From Eledone cirrhosa (Eukaryota), in NCBI GenBank assembly GCA_964016885.1, contig OZ024742.1:167710001-167774000 (forward strand): 64,000 bases of DNA, in the 5' to 3' direction. Below, piece after piece: positions 12,101-26,700 of this stretch (position 1 is its first letter; the number at the start of each line of letters is the position of its first letter). A program made the position numbers and the translations under genes. The notes under the pieces are model-generated. The model ran no database searches, was not told where the DNA came from, and saw only the letters and a program-made list of their open reading frames with translations.

Positions 12101-14825
12101 TAAAAAAAATCAGGGGGAGATAATTTGTAAAAAAAAATCAGGGGGAGATAATTTGTAAAAAAAATCAGGGGGAGATAATTTGTAAAAAAAAATCAGGGGG
12201 AGATAATTTGTAAAAAAAAATCAGGGGGAGATAATTTGTAAAAAAAAATCAGGGGGAGATAATTTGTAAAAAAAATCAAGGGGAGATAATTTCCAGCCGT
12301 CCAAGGGGAGATAATTTCCAGCCGTCCAAGGGGAGGTAATATCTAGCCGTCCAAGGGGAGATAATTTCCAGCCGTCCAAGAGGAGATAATTTCCAGCCGT
12401 CCAAGGGTAGATAATATCCAGCCGTCCAAGGAGACATATTTTCCAGCCGTCCAAGGAGAGGTAATTTCTAGCCGTCCAAGGGGAGATAAATTCCAGCCTC
12501 CAAGGGGAGATAATTTGTAAAAAAATCAGGGGGAGATAATTTGTAAAAAAAATCAGGGGGAGATAATTTGTAAAAAAAAATCAGGGGGAGATAATTTGTA
12601 AAAAAAATCAGGGGGAGATAATTTGTAAAAAAAAATCAAGGGGAGATAATTTCCAGCCGTCCAAGGGGAGATAATTTTCAGCCGCCCAAGGGGAGATAAT
12701 TTCCCGCCAGCCAAGGGAAGATAATATTTAAAAAATCAGGCGGAGATAATTTGTAAAAAAAATCAGGGGGAGATAATTTGTAAAAAAATCAGGGGGAGAT
12801 AATTTGTAAAAAAAAAATCAGGGGGAGATAATTTGTAAAAAAAATCAGGGGGAGATGATTTGTAAAAAAAATCAGGGGTAGATAATTTGTAAAAAGAAAT
12901 CAGGGGGAGATAATTTGTAAAAAAAAATCAGGGGGAGATAATTTGTAAAAAAAATCAAGAGGAGATAATTTCCAGCCGTCGAAGGGAAGATAGTTTCCAG
13001 CCCTCCAAGGGGCTATAATTTCCAGCGTCCAAGGGGAGATAATTTCCAGCCAGCGAAGGGGAGATAATTTTTTTAAAAAAATCATTGGGAGATTTGTAAA
13101 AAAAATCAGGGGGAGATAATTGGTAAAAAAAATCAAGGGGAGATAATTTCCAGCCGTCCAAGGGGAGGTAATATCTAGCCGTCCAAGGGGAGATAATTTC
13201 CAGCCGTCCAAGGGGAGATAATTTCCAGCCGTCCAAGGGTAGATAATATCCAGCCGTCCAAGTAGACATTTTCCAGCCGTCCAAGGAGAGGTAATTTCTA
13301 GCCGTCCAAGGGGAGATAAATTCCAGCCTCCAAGGGGAGATAATTTCCAGCCAGCCAAGGGGAGATAATTTGTAAAAAAATCAGGGGGAGATAATTTGTA
13401 AAAAAAATCAGGGGGAGATATTTTGTAAAAAAAAATCAGGGGGAGATAATTTGTAAAAAAAATCAGGGGGAGATAATTTGTAAAAAAAATCAGGGGGAGA
13501 TAATTTGTAAAAAAAATCAAGGGGAGATAATTTCCAGCCGTCCAAGGGGAGATAATTTTCAGCCGTCCAAGGGGAGATAATTTCCCGCCAGCCAAGGGAA
13601 GATAATATTTAAAAAAATCAGGCGGAGATAATTTGTAAAAAAAATCAGGGGGAGATAATTTGTAAAAAAATCAGGGGGAGATAATTTGTAAAAAAAAAAT
13701 CAGGGGGAGATAATTTGTAAAAAAAATCAGGGGGAGATAATTTGTAAAAAAAAATCAGGGGGAGATAATTTGTAAAAAAAAATCAGGGGGAGATAATTTG
13801 TAAAAAAAATCAAGGGGAGATAATTTCCAGCCGTCCAAGGAGAGATAATTTTAAAAAAAAATCAGGCGGAGATAATTTGTAAAAAAAAATCAAGGGGAGA
13901 TAATTTGTAAAAAAAAATCAGGGGGAGATAATTTGTAAAAAAAATCAAGGGGAGATAATTTCCAGCCGTCCAAGGGAAGATAATTTCCAGCACTCCAAGG
14001 GGCTATAATTTCCAGTGTCCAAGGGGAGATAATTTCCAGCCAGCGAAGGGGAGATAATTTTTTTTAAAAAATCAGGGGGAGATATGTAAAAAAAATCAGA
14101 GGGAGATAATTTCTAAAAAAAATCAAAGGGAGATAATTTCCAGCCGTCCAAAGAGAGATAATTTCTAGCCGTCCAAGGGGAGATAATTTCCAGCCAAGGG
14201 GAGATAATATCCAGCCGTCCAAGGGGAGATAATTTTTTAAAAAATCAGGTGGAGATAATTTGTAAAAAAAATCAGGGGGAGATAATTTGTAAAAACAAAA
14301 TCAAGGGCAGATAATTTCCAGCTGTCCAAGGGGAGATAATTTCCAGCCGTGCAAGGGGAGATAATTTCCAGCCGTCCAAGGGGAGATAATTTCCATCCTT
14401 CCAAGGGGAGATAATCTCCAGCCGTCCAAGGGGAGATAATTTCCCGCCAGCCAAGGGAAGATAATTTTTAAAAAAATCAGGCGGAGATAATTTGTAAAAA
14501 AAATCAAGGGGAGATAATTTGTAAAAAAAAATCAGGGGGAGATAATTTGTAAAAAAAATCAAGGGGAGATAATTTCCAGCCGTCCAAGGGAAGATAATTT
14601 CCAGCACTCCAAGGGGCTATAATTTCCAGTGTCCAAGGGGAGATAATTTCCAGCCAGCGAAGGGGAGATAATTTTTTTAAAAAAATCAGGGGGAGATATG
14701 TAAAAAAAATCAGAGGGAGATAATTTCCAGCCGTCCAAAGAGAGATAATTTCTAGCCGTCCAAGGGGAGAAAATTTCCAGCCAAGGGGAGATAATTTCCA
14801 GCCGTCCAAGGGGAGATAATTTTTT
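9113..14825 (+). repeat. ~9-kb higher-order repeat, copy 2, internally deleted (~5.7 kb)
   Basis: Offsets to copy 1 are ~9,030 (1736->10767, 2118->11149, 3924->12955) up to ~14,480, then 5,713 (8791->14504). About 3.29 kb is missing. Confidence 0.86.
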
Positions 14826-17800
14826 AAAAAATCAGGGGGAGATAATTTGTAAAAACAAAATCAAGGGCAGATAATTTCCAGCTGTCCAAGGGGAGATAGT
14901 TTCCAGCCGTGCAAGGGGAGATAATTTCCAGCCGTCCAAGGGGAGATAATTTCCATACTTCCAAGGGGAGATAATTTCCAGCCGTCCAAGGGGAGATAAT
15001 TTCCCGCCAGCCAAGGGAAGATAATTTGTAAAAAAATCAGGGGGAGATAATTTGTAAAAAAAAAATCAGGGGGAGATAATTTGTAAAAAAAAATCAGGGG
15101 GAGATAATTTGTAAAAAAAAAATCAGGGGTAGATAATTTGTAAAAAAAATCAGGGCTAGATAATTTGTAAAAAAAAATCAGGGGGAGATAATTTGTAAAA
15201 AAAAATCAGGGGGAGATAATTTGTAAAAAAATCAAGGGGAGATAATATGCAGCCGTCCAAGGGGAGATAATTTTCAGCCGTCCAAGGAGAGGTAATTTCT
15301 AGCCGTCCAAGGGGAGATAATTTCCAGCCGTCCAAGGGGAGATAATTTCCAGCCGTCCAAGGGGAGATAGTTTTTTTAAAAAATCAGCCGGAGATAATTT
15401 GTAAAAAAAAAATCAGGGGGAGATAATTTGTAAAAAAAAATCAGGGGGAGATAATTTGTAAAAAAAAATCAGGGGGAGATAATTTGTAAAAAAAATCAAG
15501 GGGAGATAATTTCCAGCCGTCCAAGGGAAGATAATTTCCAGCCCTCGAAGGGGCTATAATTTCCAGCGTCCAAGGGGAGATAATTTCCAGCCAGCGAAGG
15601 GGAGATAATTTTTTAAAAAGAATCATTGGGAGATTTGTAAAAAAAATCAGGGGGAGATAATTAGTAAAAAAAATCAAGGGGAGATAATTTCCAGCCGTCC
15701 AAGGGGAGGTAATATCTAGCCGTCCAAGGGGAGATAATTTCCAGCCGTCCAAGGGTAGATAATATCCAGCCGTCCAAGTAGACATTTTCCAGCCGTCCAA
15801 GGAGAGGTAATTTCTAGCCGTCCAAGGGGAGATAAATTCCAGCCTCCAAAGGGAGATAATTTCCAGCCAGCCAAGGGGAGATAATTTGTAAAAAAATCAG
15901 GGGGAGATAATTTGTAAAAAAAATCAGGGGGAGATAATTTGTAAACAAAAATCAGGGGGAGATAATTTGTAAAAAAATCAGGGGGAGATAATTTGTAAAA
16001 AAAATCAGGGGGAGATAATTTGTAAAAAAAAATCAAGGGGAGATAATTTCCAGCCGTCCAAGGGGAGATAATTTTCAGCCGTCCAAGGGGAGATAATTTC
16101 CAGCCGTCCAAGGGGAGATAATTTCCATCCTTCCAAGGGGAGATAATTTCCAGCCGTCCAAGGGGAGATAATTTTCAGCCGTCCAAGGGGAGATAATTTC
16201 CCGCCAGCCAAGGGAAGATAATATTTTAAAAAATCAGGCGGAGATAATTTGTAAAAAAAATCAGGGGGAGATAATTTGTAAAAAAATTAGGGGGAGATAA
16301 TTTGTAAAAAAAAAATCAGGGGGAGATAATTTGTAAAAAAAATCAGGGGGAGATAATTTGTAAAAAAAAATCAGGGGTAGATAATTTGTAAAAAAAAATC
16401 AGGGGGAGATAATTTGTAAAAAAAAAATCAGGGGGAGATAATTTGTAAAAAAAATCAAGGGGAGATAATTTCCAGCCGTCCAAGGAGAGATAATTTTTTA
16501 AAAAAATCAGGCGGAGATAATTTGTAAAAAAAAATCAAGGGGAGATAATTTGTAAAAAAAAATCAAGGGGAGATAATTTGTAAAAAAAATCAAGGGGAGA
16601 TAATTTCCAGCCGTCCAAGGGAAGATAATTTCCAGCACTCCAAGGGGCTATAATTTCCAGTGTCCAAGGGGAGATAATTTCCAGCCAGCGAAGGGGAGAT
16701 AATTTTTTTAAAAAAATCAGGGGGAGATATGTAAAAAAAATCAGAGGGAGATAATTTCTAAAAAAAATCAAAGGGAGATAATTTCCAGCCGTCCAAAGAG
16801 AGATAATTTCTAGCCGTCCAAGGGGAGATAATTTCCAGCCAAGGGGAGATAATTTCCAGCCGTCCAAGGGGAGATAATTATTTAAAAAATCAGGTGGAGA
16901 TAATTTGTAAAAAAAATCAGGGGGAGATAATTTGTAAAAACAAAATCAAGGGCAGATAATTTCCAGCTGTCCAAGGGGAGATAATTTCCAGCCGTGCAAG
17001 GGGAGATAATTTCCAGCCGTCCAAGGGGAGATAATTTCCATCCTTCCAAGGGGAGATAATGTCCAGCCGTCCAAGGGGAGATAATTTCCCGCCAGCCAAG
17101 GGAAGATAATTTTTAAAAAAATCAGGCGGAGATTGTAAAAAAAATCAGGGGGAGATAATTTGTAAAAAAAAAATCAGGGGGAGATAATTTGTAAAAAAAA
17201 TCAGGGGTAGATAATTTGTAAAAAAAAATCAGGGGGAGATAATTTGTAAAAAATAATCAGGGGGAGATAATTTCTAAAAAAATCAAGGGGAGATAATATG
17301 CAGCCGTCCAAGGGGAGATAATTTTCAGCCGTCCAAGGAGAGGTAATTTCTAGCCGTCCAAGGGGAGATAATTTCCAGCCGTCCAAGGGGAGATAATTTC
17401 CAGCCGTCCAAGGGGAGATAGTTTTTTTAAAAAAATCATGCGGAGATAATTTGTAAAAAAAAAAATCAGGGGGAGATAATTCGTAAAAAAAATCAGGGGG
17501 AGATAATTTGTGAAAAAAAAATCAGGGGGAGATAATTTGTAAAAAAAATCAGGGGGAGATAATTAGTAAAAAAAATCAAGGGGAGATAATTTCCAGCCGT
17601 CCAAGGGGAGGTAATATCTAGCCGTCCAAGGGGAGATAATTTCCAGCCGTCCAAGGGGAGATAATTTCCAGCCGTCCAAGGGTAGATAATATCCAGCCGT
17701 CCAAGTAGACATATTTTCCAGCCGTCCAAGGAGAGGTAATTTCTAGCCGTCCAAGGGGAGATAAATTCCAGCCTCCAAGGGGAGATAATTTCCAGCCAGC

Positions 17801-20800
17801 CAAGGGGAGATAATTTGTAAAAAAATCAGGGGAGATAATTTGTAAAAAAAATCAGGGGGAGATAATTTGTAAAAAAAAATCAGGGGGAGATAATTTGTAA
17901 AAAAAAATCAGGGGGAGATAATTTGTAAAAAAAATCAGGGGGAGATAATTTGTAAAAAAAAATCAGGGGGAGATAATTTGTAAAAAAAAATCAGGGGGAG
18001 ATAATTTGTAAAAAAAATCAAGGGGAGATAATTTCCAGCCGTCCAAGGGGAGATAATTTCCAGCCGTCCAAGGGGAGGTAATATCTAGCCGTCCAAGGGG
18101 AGATAATTTCCAGCCGTCCAAGAGGAGATAATTTCCAGCCGTCCAAGGGTAGATAATATCCAGCCGTCCAAGGAGACATATTTTCCAGCCGTCCAAGGAG
18201 AGGTAATTTCTAGCCGTCCAAGGGGAGATAAATTCCAGCCTCCAAGGGGAGATAATTTGTAAAAAATCAGGGGGAGATAATTTGTAAAAAAAATCAGGGG
18301 GAGATAATTTGTAAAAAAAAATCAGGGGGAGATAATTTGTAAAAAAAATCAGGGGGAGATAATTTGTAAAAAAAAATCAAGGGGAGATAATTTCCAGCCG
18401 TCCAAGGGGAGATAATTTTCAGCCGCCCAAGGGGAGATAATTTCCCGCCAGCCAAGGGAAGATAATATTTAAAAAATCAGGCGGAGATAATTTGTAAAAA
18501 AAATCAGGGGGAGATAATTTGTAAAAAAATCAGGGGGAGATAATTTGTAAAAAAAAAATCAGGGGGAGATAATTTGTAAAAAAAATCAGGGGGAGATGAT
18601 TTGTAAAAAAAATCAGGGGTAGATAATTTGTAAAAAAAAATCAGGGGGAGATAATTTGTAAAAAAAAATCAGGGGGAGATAATTTGTAAAAAAAATCAAG
18701 AGGAGATAATTTCCAGCCGTCGAAGGGAAGATAGTTTCCAGCCCTCCAAGGGGCTATAATTTCCAGCGTCCAAGGGGAGATAATTTCCAGCCAGCGAAGG
18801 GGAGATAATTTTTTTAAAAAAATCATTGGGAGATTTGTAAAAAAAATCAGGGGGAGATAATTGGTAAAAAAATCAAGGGGAGATAATTTCCAGCCGTCCA
18901 AGGGGAGGTAATATCTAGCCGTCCAAGGGGAGATAATTTCCAGCCGTCCAAGGGGAGATAATTTCCAGCCGTCCAAGGGTAGATAATATCCAGCCGTCCA
19001 AGTAGACATTTTCCAGCCGTCCAAGGAGAGGTAATTTCTAGCCGTCCAAGGGGAGATAAATTCCAGCCTCCAAGGGGAGATAATTTCCAGCCAGCCAAGG
19101 GGAGATAATTTGTAAAAAAATCAGGGGGAGATAATTTGTAAAAAAAATCAGGGGGAGATATTTTGTAAAAAAAAATCAGGGGGAGATAATTTGTAAAAAA
19201 AAATCAGGGGGAGATAATTTGTAAAAAAAAATCAGGGGGAGATAATTTGTAAAAAAAATCAAGGGGAGATAATTTCCAGCCGTCCAAGGGGAGATAATTT
19301 TCAGCCGTCCAAGGGGAGATAATTTCCCGCCAGCCAAGGGAAGATAATATTTAAAAAAATCAGGCGGAGATAATTTGTAAAAAAAATCAGGGGGAGATAA
19401 TTTGTAAAAAAATCAGGGGGAGATAATTTGTAAAAAAAAAATCAGGGGGAGATAATTTGTAAAAAAAATCAGGGTGAGATAATTTGTAAAAAAAAATCAG
19501 GGGTAGATAATTTGTAAAAAAAAATCAGGGGGAGATAATTTGTAAAAAAAAATCAGGGGGAGATAATTTGTAAAAAAAATCAAGGGGAGATAATTTCCAG
19601 CCGTCCAAGGAGAGATAATTTAAAAAAAAAATCAGGCGGAGATAATTTGTAAAAAAAAATCAAGGGGAGATAATTTGTAAAAAAAAATCAGGGGGAGATA
19701 ATTTGTAAAAAAAATCAAGGGGAGATAATTTCCAGCCGTCCAAGGGAAGATAATTTCCAGCACTCCAAGGGGCTATAATTTCCAGTGTCCAAGGGGAGAT
19801 AATTTCCAGCCAGCGAAGGGGAGATAATTTTTTTAAAAAAATCAGGGGGAGATATGTAAAAAAAATCAGAGGGAGATAATTTCTAAAAAAAATCAAAGGG
19901 AGATAATTTCCAGCCGTCCAAAGAGAGATAATTTCTAGCCGTCCAAGGGGAGATAATTTCCAGCCAAGGGGAGATAATATCCAGCCGTCCAAGGGGAGAT
20001 AATTTTTTAAAAAATCAGGTGGAGATAATTTGTAAAAAAAATCAGGGGGAGATAATTTGTAAAAACAAAATCAAGGGCAGATAATTTCCAGCTGTCCAAG
20101 GGGAGATAATTTCCAGCCGTGCAAGGGGAGATAATTTCCAGCCGTCCAAGGGGAGATAATTTCCATCCTTCCAAGGGGAGATAATCTCCAGCCGTCCAAG
20201 GGGAGATAATTTCCCGCCAGCCAAGGGAAGATAATTTTTAAAAAAATCAGGCGGAGATTGTAAAAAAAATCAGGGGGAGATAATTTGTAAAAAAATCAGG
20301 GGGAGATAATTTGTTAAAAAAAAATCAGGGGAGATAATTTGTAAAAAAAAATCAGGGGGAGATAATTTGTAAAAAAAAATCAGGGGGAGATAATTTGTAA
20401 AAAAAATCAGGGGTAGATAATTTGTAAAAAAAAATCAGGGGGAGATAATTTGTAAAAAAAAATCAGGGGGAGATAATTTGTAAAAAAATCAAGGGTAGAT
20501 AATATGCAGCCGTCCAAGGGGAGATAATTTTCAGCCGTCCAAGGAGAGGTAATTTCTAGCCGTCCAAGGGGAGATAATTTCCAGCCGTCCAAGGGGAGAT
20601 AATTTCCAGCCGTCCAAGGGGAGATAGTTTTTTTTTAAAAATCAGGGGGAGATTTGTAAAAAAAATCAGGGGGAGATAATTTGTAAAAAAAATCAAAGGG
20701 AGATAATTTCCAGCCGTCCAAAGAGAGATAATTTCTAGCCGTCCAAGGGGAGATAATTTCGAGCCAAGGGGAGATAATTTCCAGCCGTCCAAGGGGAGAT

Positions 20801-23770
20801 AATTTTTTAAAAAATCAGGTGGAGATAATTTGTAAAAAAAATCAGGGGGAGATAATTTGTAAAAACCAAATCAAGGGCAGATAATTTCCAGCTGTCCAAG
20901 GGGAGATAATTTCCAGCCGTGCAAGGGGAGATAATTTCCAGCCGTCCAAGGGGAGATAATTTCCCGCCAGCGAAGAGAAGATAATTTTTTAAAAAATCAG
21001 GCGGAGATTGTAAAAAAAATCAGGGGGAGATAATTTGTAAAAAAATCAGGGGGAGATAATTTGTAAAAAAATCAAGGGGAGATAATTTCCAGCTGTCCAA
21101 GGGGAGGTAATATCTAGCCGTCCAAGGGGAGATAATTTCCAGCCGTCCAAGGGGAGATAATTTCCAGCCGTCCAAGGGTAGATAATATCCAGCCGTCCAA
21201 GGAGACATATTTTCCAGTCCTCCAAGGAGAGGTAATTTCTAGCCGTCCAAGTGGAGATAAATTCCAGCCTCCAAGGGGAGATAATTTCCAGCCAGCCAAG
21301 GGGAGATAATTTGTAAAAAATCAGGGGGAGATAATTTGTAAAAAAAATCAGGGGGAGATAATTTGTACAAAAAATCAGGGGTAGATAATTTGTAAAAAAA
21401 AATCAGGGGGAGATAATTTGTAAAAAGAATCAAGGGGAGATAATTTGCAGCCGTCCAAGGGGAGATAATTTCCCGCCAGCCAAGGGAAGATAATATTTAA
21501 AAAAATCAGGCGGAGATAATTTGTAAAAAAAATCAGGGGGAGATAATTTGTAAAAAAATCAGGGGGAGATAATTTGTAAAAAAAAAATCAGGGGGAGATT
21601 TGTAAAAAAAATCAGGGGGAGATAATTTGTAAAAAAAATCAGGGGTAGATAATTTGTAAAAAAAAATCAGAGGTAGATAATTTGTAAAAAAAAATCAGGG
21701 GGAGATAATTTGTAAAAAAAATCAATTGGAGATAATTTCCAGCCGTCCAAGGGGAGATAATTTTCAGCCGTCCAAGGAGAGGTAATTTCTAGACGTCCAA
21801 GGGGAGATAATTTCCAGCCGTCCAATGGGAGATAATTTCCAGCCGTCCAAGGGGAGATAATTTTTAAAAAAAAATCAGGCGGAGATAATTTGTAAAAAAA
21901 ATCTAGGGGAGATAATTTGCAGCCGTCCAAGGGGAGATAATTTTCAGTCGTCCAAGGAGAGGTAATTTCTAGCCGTCCAAGGGGAGATAATTTCCAGCCG
22001 TCCAAGGGGAGATAATTTCCAGCCGTCCAAGGGGAGATAATTTTTTTTAAAAAATCAGGCGGAGATAATTTGTAAAAAAAATCAGGGGGAGATAATTTGT
22101 AAAAAAAAATCAGGGGGAGATAATTTGTAAAAAAAAATCAGGGGGAGATAATTTGTAAAAAAAATCAAGGAGAGATAATTTCCAGCCGTCCAAGGGAAGA
22201 TAATTTCAAGCCCTCCAAGGGGCTATAATTTCCAGTGTCCAAGGGGAGATAATTTCCAGCCAGCGAAGGGGAGATAATTTTTTTTTAAAAATCAGGGGGA
22301 GATTTGTAAAAAAAATCAGGGGGAGATAATTTGTAAAAAAAATCAAGGGGAGATAATTTCCAGCCGTCGAAGGGAAGATAATTTCCAGCCCTCCAAGGGG
22401 CTATAATTTCCAGCGTCCAAGGGGAGATAATTTCCAGCCAGCGAAGGGGAGATAATTTTTTTTTTTTAAAATCAGGGGAACATAATTTGTAAAAAAAATC
22501 AGGGGGAGATAATTTGTAAAAAAAATCAAGGGGAGATAATTTGTAAAAAAAAATCAGGGGGAGATAATTTGTAAAAAAAAATCAGGGGGAGATAATTTGT
22601 AAAAAAATCAAGGGGAGATAATTTGTAAAAAAAAATCAAGGGGAGATAATTTCCAGCCGTCCAAGGGGAGATAATTTTCAGCCGTCCAAGGGGAGATAAT
22701 TTCCCGCCAGCCAAGGAAAGATAATAGTTAAAAAAATCAGGCGGAGATAATTTGTAAAAAAAATCAGGGGGAGATAATTTGTAAAAAAATCAGGGGGAGA
22801 TAATTTGTAAAAAAAAAATCAGGGGTAGATAATTTGTAAAAAAAAATCAGGGGGAGATAATTTGTAAAAAAAAATCAGGGGGAGATAATTTGTAAAAAAA
22901 ATCAATTGGAGATAATTTCCAGCCGTCCAAGGGGAGATAATTTTCAGCCGTCCAAGGAGAGGTAATTTCTAGACGTCCAAGGGGAGATAATTTCCAGCCG
23001 TCCAAGGGGAGATAATTTCCAGCCGTCCAAGGGTAGATAATATCCAGCCGTCCAAGGAGACATATTTTCCAGCTTTCCAAGGAGAGGTAATTTCTATCCG
23101 TCCAAGGGGAGATAAATTCCAGCCTCCAAGGGGAGATAATTTCCCGCCAGACAAGGGAAGGAAATATTTAAAAAAATCAGGCGGAGATAATTTGTAAAAA
23201 AAATCAGGGGGAGATAATTTGTAAAAAAATCAGGGGGAGATAATTTGTAAAAAAAAAATCAGGGGGAGATAATTTGTAAAAAAAAATCAGGGGTAGATGA
23301 TTTGTAAAAAAAAATCAGGGGGAGATAATTTGTAAAAAAAAATCAGGGGGAGATAATTTGTAAAAAAAATCAAGGGGAGATAATTTCCAGCCGTCCAAGG
23401 AGAGATAATTTTAAAAAAAAATCAGGCGGAGATAATTTGTAAAAAAAATCAAGGGGAGATAATTTGTAAAAAAAAATCAGGGGGAGATAATTTGTAAAAA
23501 AAATCAAGGGGAGATAATTTCCAGCCGTCCAAGGGAAGATAATTTCCAGCACTCCAAGGGGCTATAATTTCCAGTGTCCAAGGGGAGATAATTTCCAGCC
23601 AGCGAAGGGGAGATAATTTTTTTAAAAAAATCAGGGGGAGATATGTAAAAAAAATCAGAGGGAGATAATTTCCAGCCGTCCAAAGAGAGATAATTTCTAG
23701 CCGTCCAAGGGGAGAAAATTTCCAGCCAAGGGGAGATAATTTCCAGCCGTCCAAGGGGAGATAATTTTTT
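14826..23770 (+). repeat. ~9-kb higher-order repeat, copy 3 (8,945 bp)
   Basis: Offsets to copy 1 are 14,825 (7->14832), 14,771 (4889->19660, 6249->21020) and 14,658 (8791->23449). The ~21,950-22,400 segment differs from copy 1. Confidence 0.86.
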
Positions 23771-26700
23771 AAAAAATCAGGGGGAGATAATTTGTAAAAA
23801 CAAAATCAAGGGCAGATAATTTCCAGCTGTCCAAGGGGAGATAGTTTCCAGCCGTGCAAGGGGAGATAATTTCCAGCCGTCCAAGGGGAGATAATTTCCA
23901 TACTTCCAAGGGGAGATAATTTCCAGCCGTCCAAGGGGAGATAATTTCCCGCCAGCCAAGGGAAGATAATTTGTAAAAAAATCAGGGGGAGATAATTTGT
24001 AAAAAAAAAATCAGGGGGAGATAATTTGTAAAAAAAAATCAGGGGGAGATAATTTGTAAAAAAAAAATCAGGGGTAGATAATTTGTAAAAAAAATCAGGG
24101 CTAGATAATTTGTAAAAAAAAATCAGGGGGAGATAATTTGTAAAAAAAAATCAGGGGGAGATAATTTGTAAAAAAATCAAGGGGAGATAATATGCAGCCG
24201 TCCAAGGGGAGATAATTTTCAGCCGTCCAAGGAGAGGTAATTTCTAGCCGTCCAAGGGGAGATAATTTCCAGCCGTCCAAGGGGAGATAATTTCCAGCCG
24301 TCCAAGGGGAGATAGTTTTTTTAAAAAATCAGCCGGAGATAATTTGTAAAAAAAAAATCAGGGGGAGATAATTTGTAAAAAAAAATCAGGGGGAGATAAT
24401 TTGTAAAAAAAAATCAGGGGGAGATAATTTGTAAAAAAAATCAAGGGGAGATAATTTCCAGCCGTCCAAGGGAAGATAATTTCCAGCCCTCGAAGGGGCT
24501 ATAATTTCCAGCGTCCAAGGGGAGATAATTTCCAGCCAGCGAAGGGGAGATAATTTTTTAAAAAAAATCATTGGGAGATTTGTAAAAAAAATCAGGGGGA
24601 GATAATTAGTAAAAAAAATCAAGGGGAGATAATTTCCAGCCCTCCAAGGGGAGGTAATATCTAGCCGTCCAAGGGGAGATAATTTCCAGCCGTCCAAGGG
24701 GAGATAATTTCCAGCCGTCCAAGGGTAGATAATATCCAGCCGTCCAAGTAGACATTTTCCAGCCGTCCAAGGAGAGGTAATTTCTAGCCGTCCAAGGGGA
24801 GATAAATTCCAGCCTCCAAGGGGAGATAATTTCCAGCCAGCCAAGGGGAGATAATTTGTAAAAAAATCAGGGGGAGATAATTTGTAAAAAAAATCAGGGG
24901 GAGATAACTTGTAAAAAAAAATCAGGGGGAGATAATTTGTAAAAAAAAATCAGGGGGAGATAATTTGTAAAAAAAATCAGGGGGAGATAATTTGTAAAAA
25001 AAATCAAGGGGAGATAATTTCCAGCCGTCCAAGGGGAGATAATTTTCAGCCGTCCAAGGGGAGATAATTTCCAGCCGTCCAAGGGGAGATAATTTCCATC
25101 CTTCCAAGGGGAGATAATTTCCAGCCGTCCAAGGGGAGATAATTTTCAGCCGTCCAAGGGGAGATAATTTCCCGCCAGCCAAGGGAAGATAATATTTTAA
25201 AAAATCAGGCGGAGATAATTTGTAAAAAAATCAGGGGGAGATAATTTGTAAAAAAAAAATCAGGGGGAGATAATTTGTAAAAAAAATCAGGGGGAGATAA
25301 TTTGTAAAAAAAAATCAGAGGTAGATAATTTGTAAAAAAAAATCAGGGGGAGATAATTTGTAAAAAAAAAATCAGGGGGAGATAATTTGTAAAAAAAATC
25401 AAGGGAGATAATTTCCAGCCGTCCAAGGAGAGATAATTTTTTAAAAAAATCAGGCGGAGATAATTTGTAAAAAAAAATCAAGGGGAGATAATTTGTAAAA
25501 AAAAATCAAGGGGAGATAAGTTGTAAAAAAAATCAAGGGGAGATAATTTCCAGCCGTCCAAGGGAAGATAATTTCCAGCACTCCAAGGGGCTATAATTTC
25601 CAGTGTCCAAGGGGAGATAATTTCCAGCCAGCGAAGGGGAGATAATTTTTTTAAAAAAATCAGGGGGAGATATGTAAAAAAATCAGAGGGAGATAATTTC
25701 TAAAAAAAATCAAAGGGAGATAATTTCCAGCCGTCCAAAGAGAGATAATTTCTAGCCGTCCAAGGGGAGATAATTTCCAGCCAAGGGGAGATAATTTCCA
25801 GCCGTCCAAGGGGAGATAATTATTTAAAAAATCAGGTGGAGATAATTTGTAAAAAAAATCAGGGGGAGATAATTTGTAAAAACAAAATCAAGGGCAGATA
25901 ATTTCCAGCTGTCCAAGGGGAGATAATTTCCAGCCGTGCAAGGGGAGATAATTTCCAGCCGTCCAAGGGGAGATAATTTCCATCCTTCCAAGGGGAGATA
26001 ATGTCCAGCCGTCCAAGGGGAGATAATTTCCCGCCAGCCAAGGGAAGATAATTTTTAAAAAAATCAGGCGGAGATTGTAAAAAAAATCAGGGGGAGATAA
26101 TTTGTAAAAAAAAAATCAGGGGGAGATAATTTGTAAAAAAAATCAGGGGTAGATAATTTGTAAAAAAAAATCAGGGGGAGATAATTTGTAAAAAAAAATC
26201 AGGGGGAGATAATTTCTAAAAAAATCAAGGGGAGATAATATGCAGACGTCCAAGGGGAGATAATTTTCAGCCGTCCAAGGAGAGGTAATTTCTAGCCGTC
26301 CAAGGGGAGATAATTTCCAGCCGTCCAAGGGGAGATAATTTCCAGCCGTCCAAGGGGAGATAGTTTTTTTAAAAAAATCAGGCGGAGATAATTTGTAAAA
26401 AAAAAATCAGGGGGAGATAATTTGTAAAAAAAAATCAGGGGGAGATAATTTGTGAAAAAAAAATTAGGGGGAGATAATTTGTAAAAAAAATCAGGGGGAG
26501 ATAATTAGTAAAAAAAATCAAGGGGAGATAATTTCCAGCCGTCCAAGGGGAGGTAATATCTAGCCGTCCAAGGGGAGATAATTTCCAGCCGTCCAAGGGG
26601 AGATAATTTCCAGCCGTCCAAGGGTAGATAATATCCAGCCGTCCAAGTAGACATATTTTCCAGCCGTCCAAGGAGAGGTAATTTCTAGCCGTCCAAGGGG

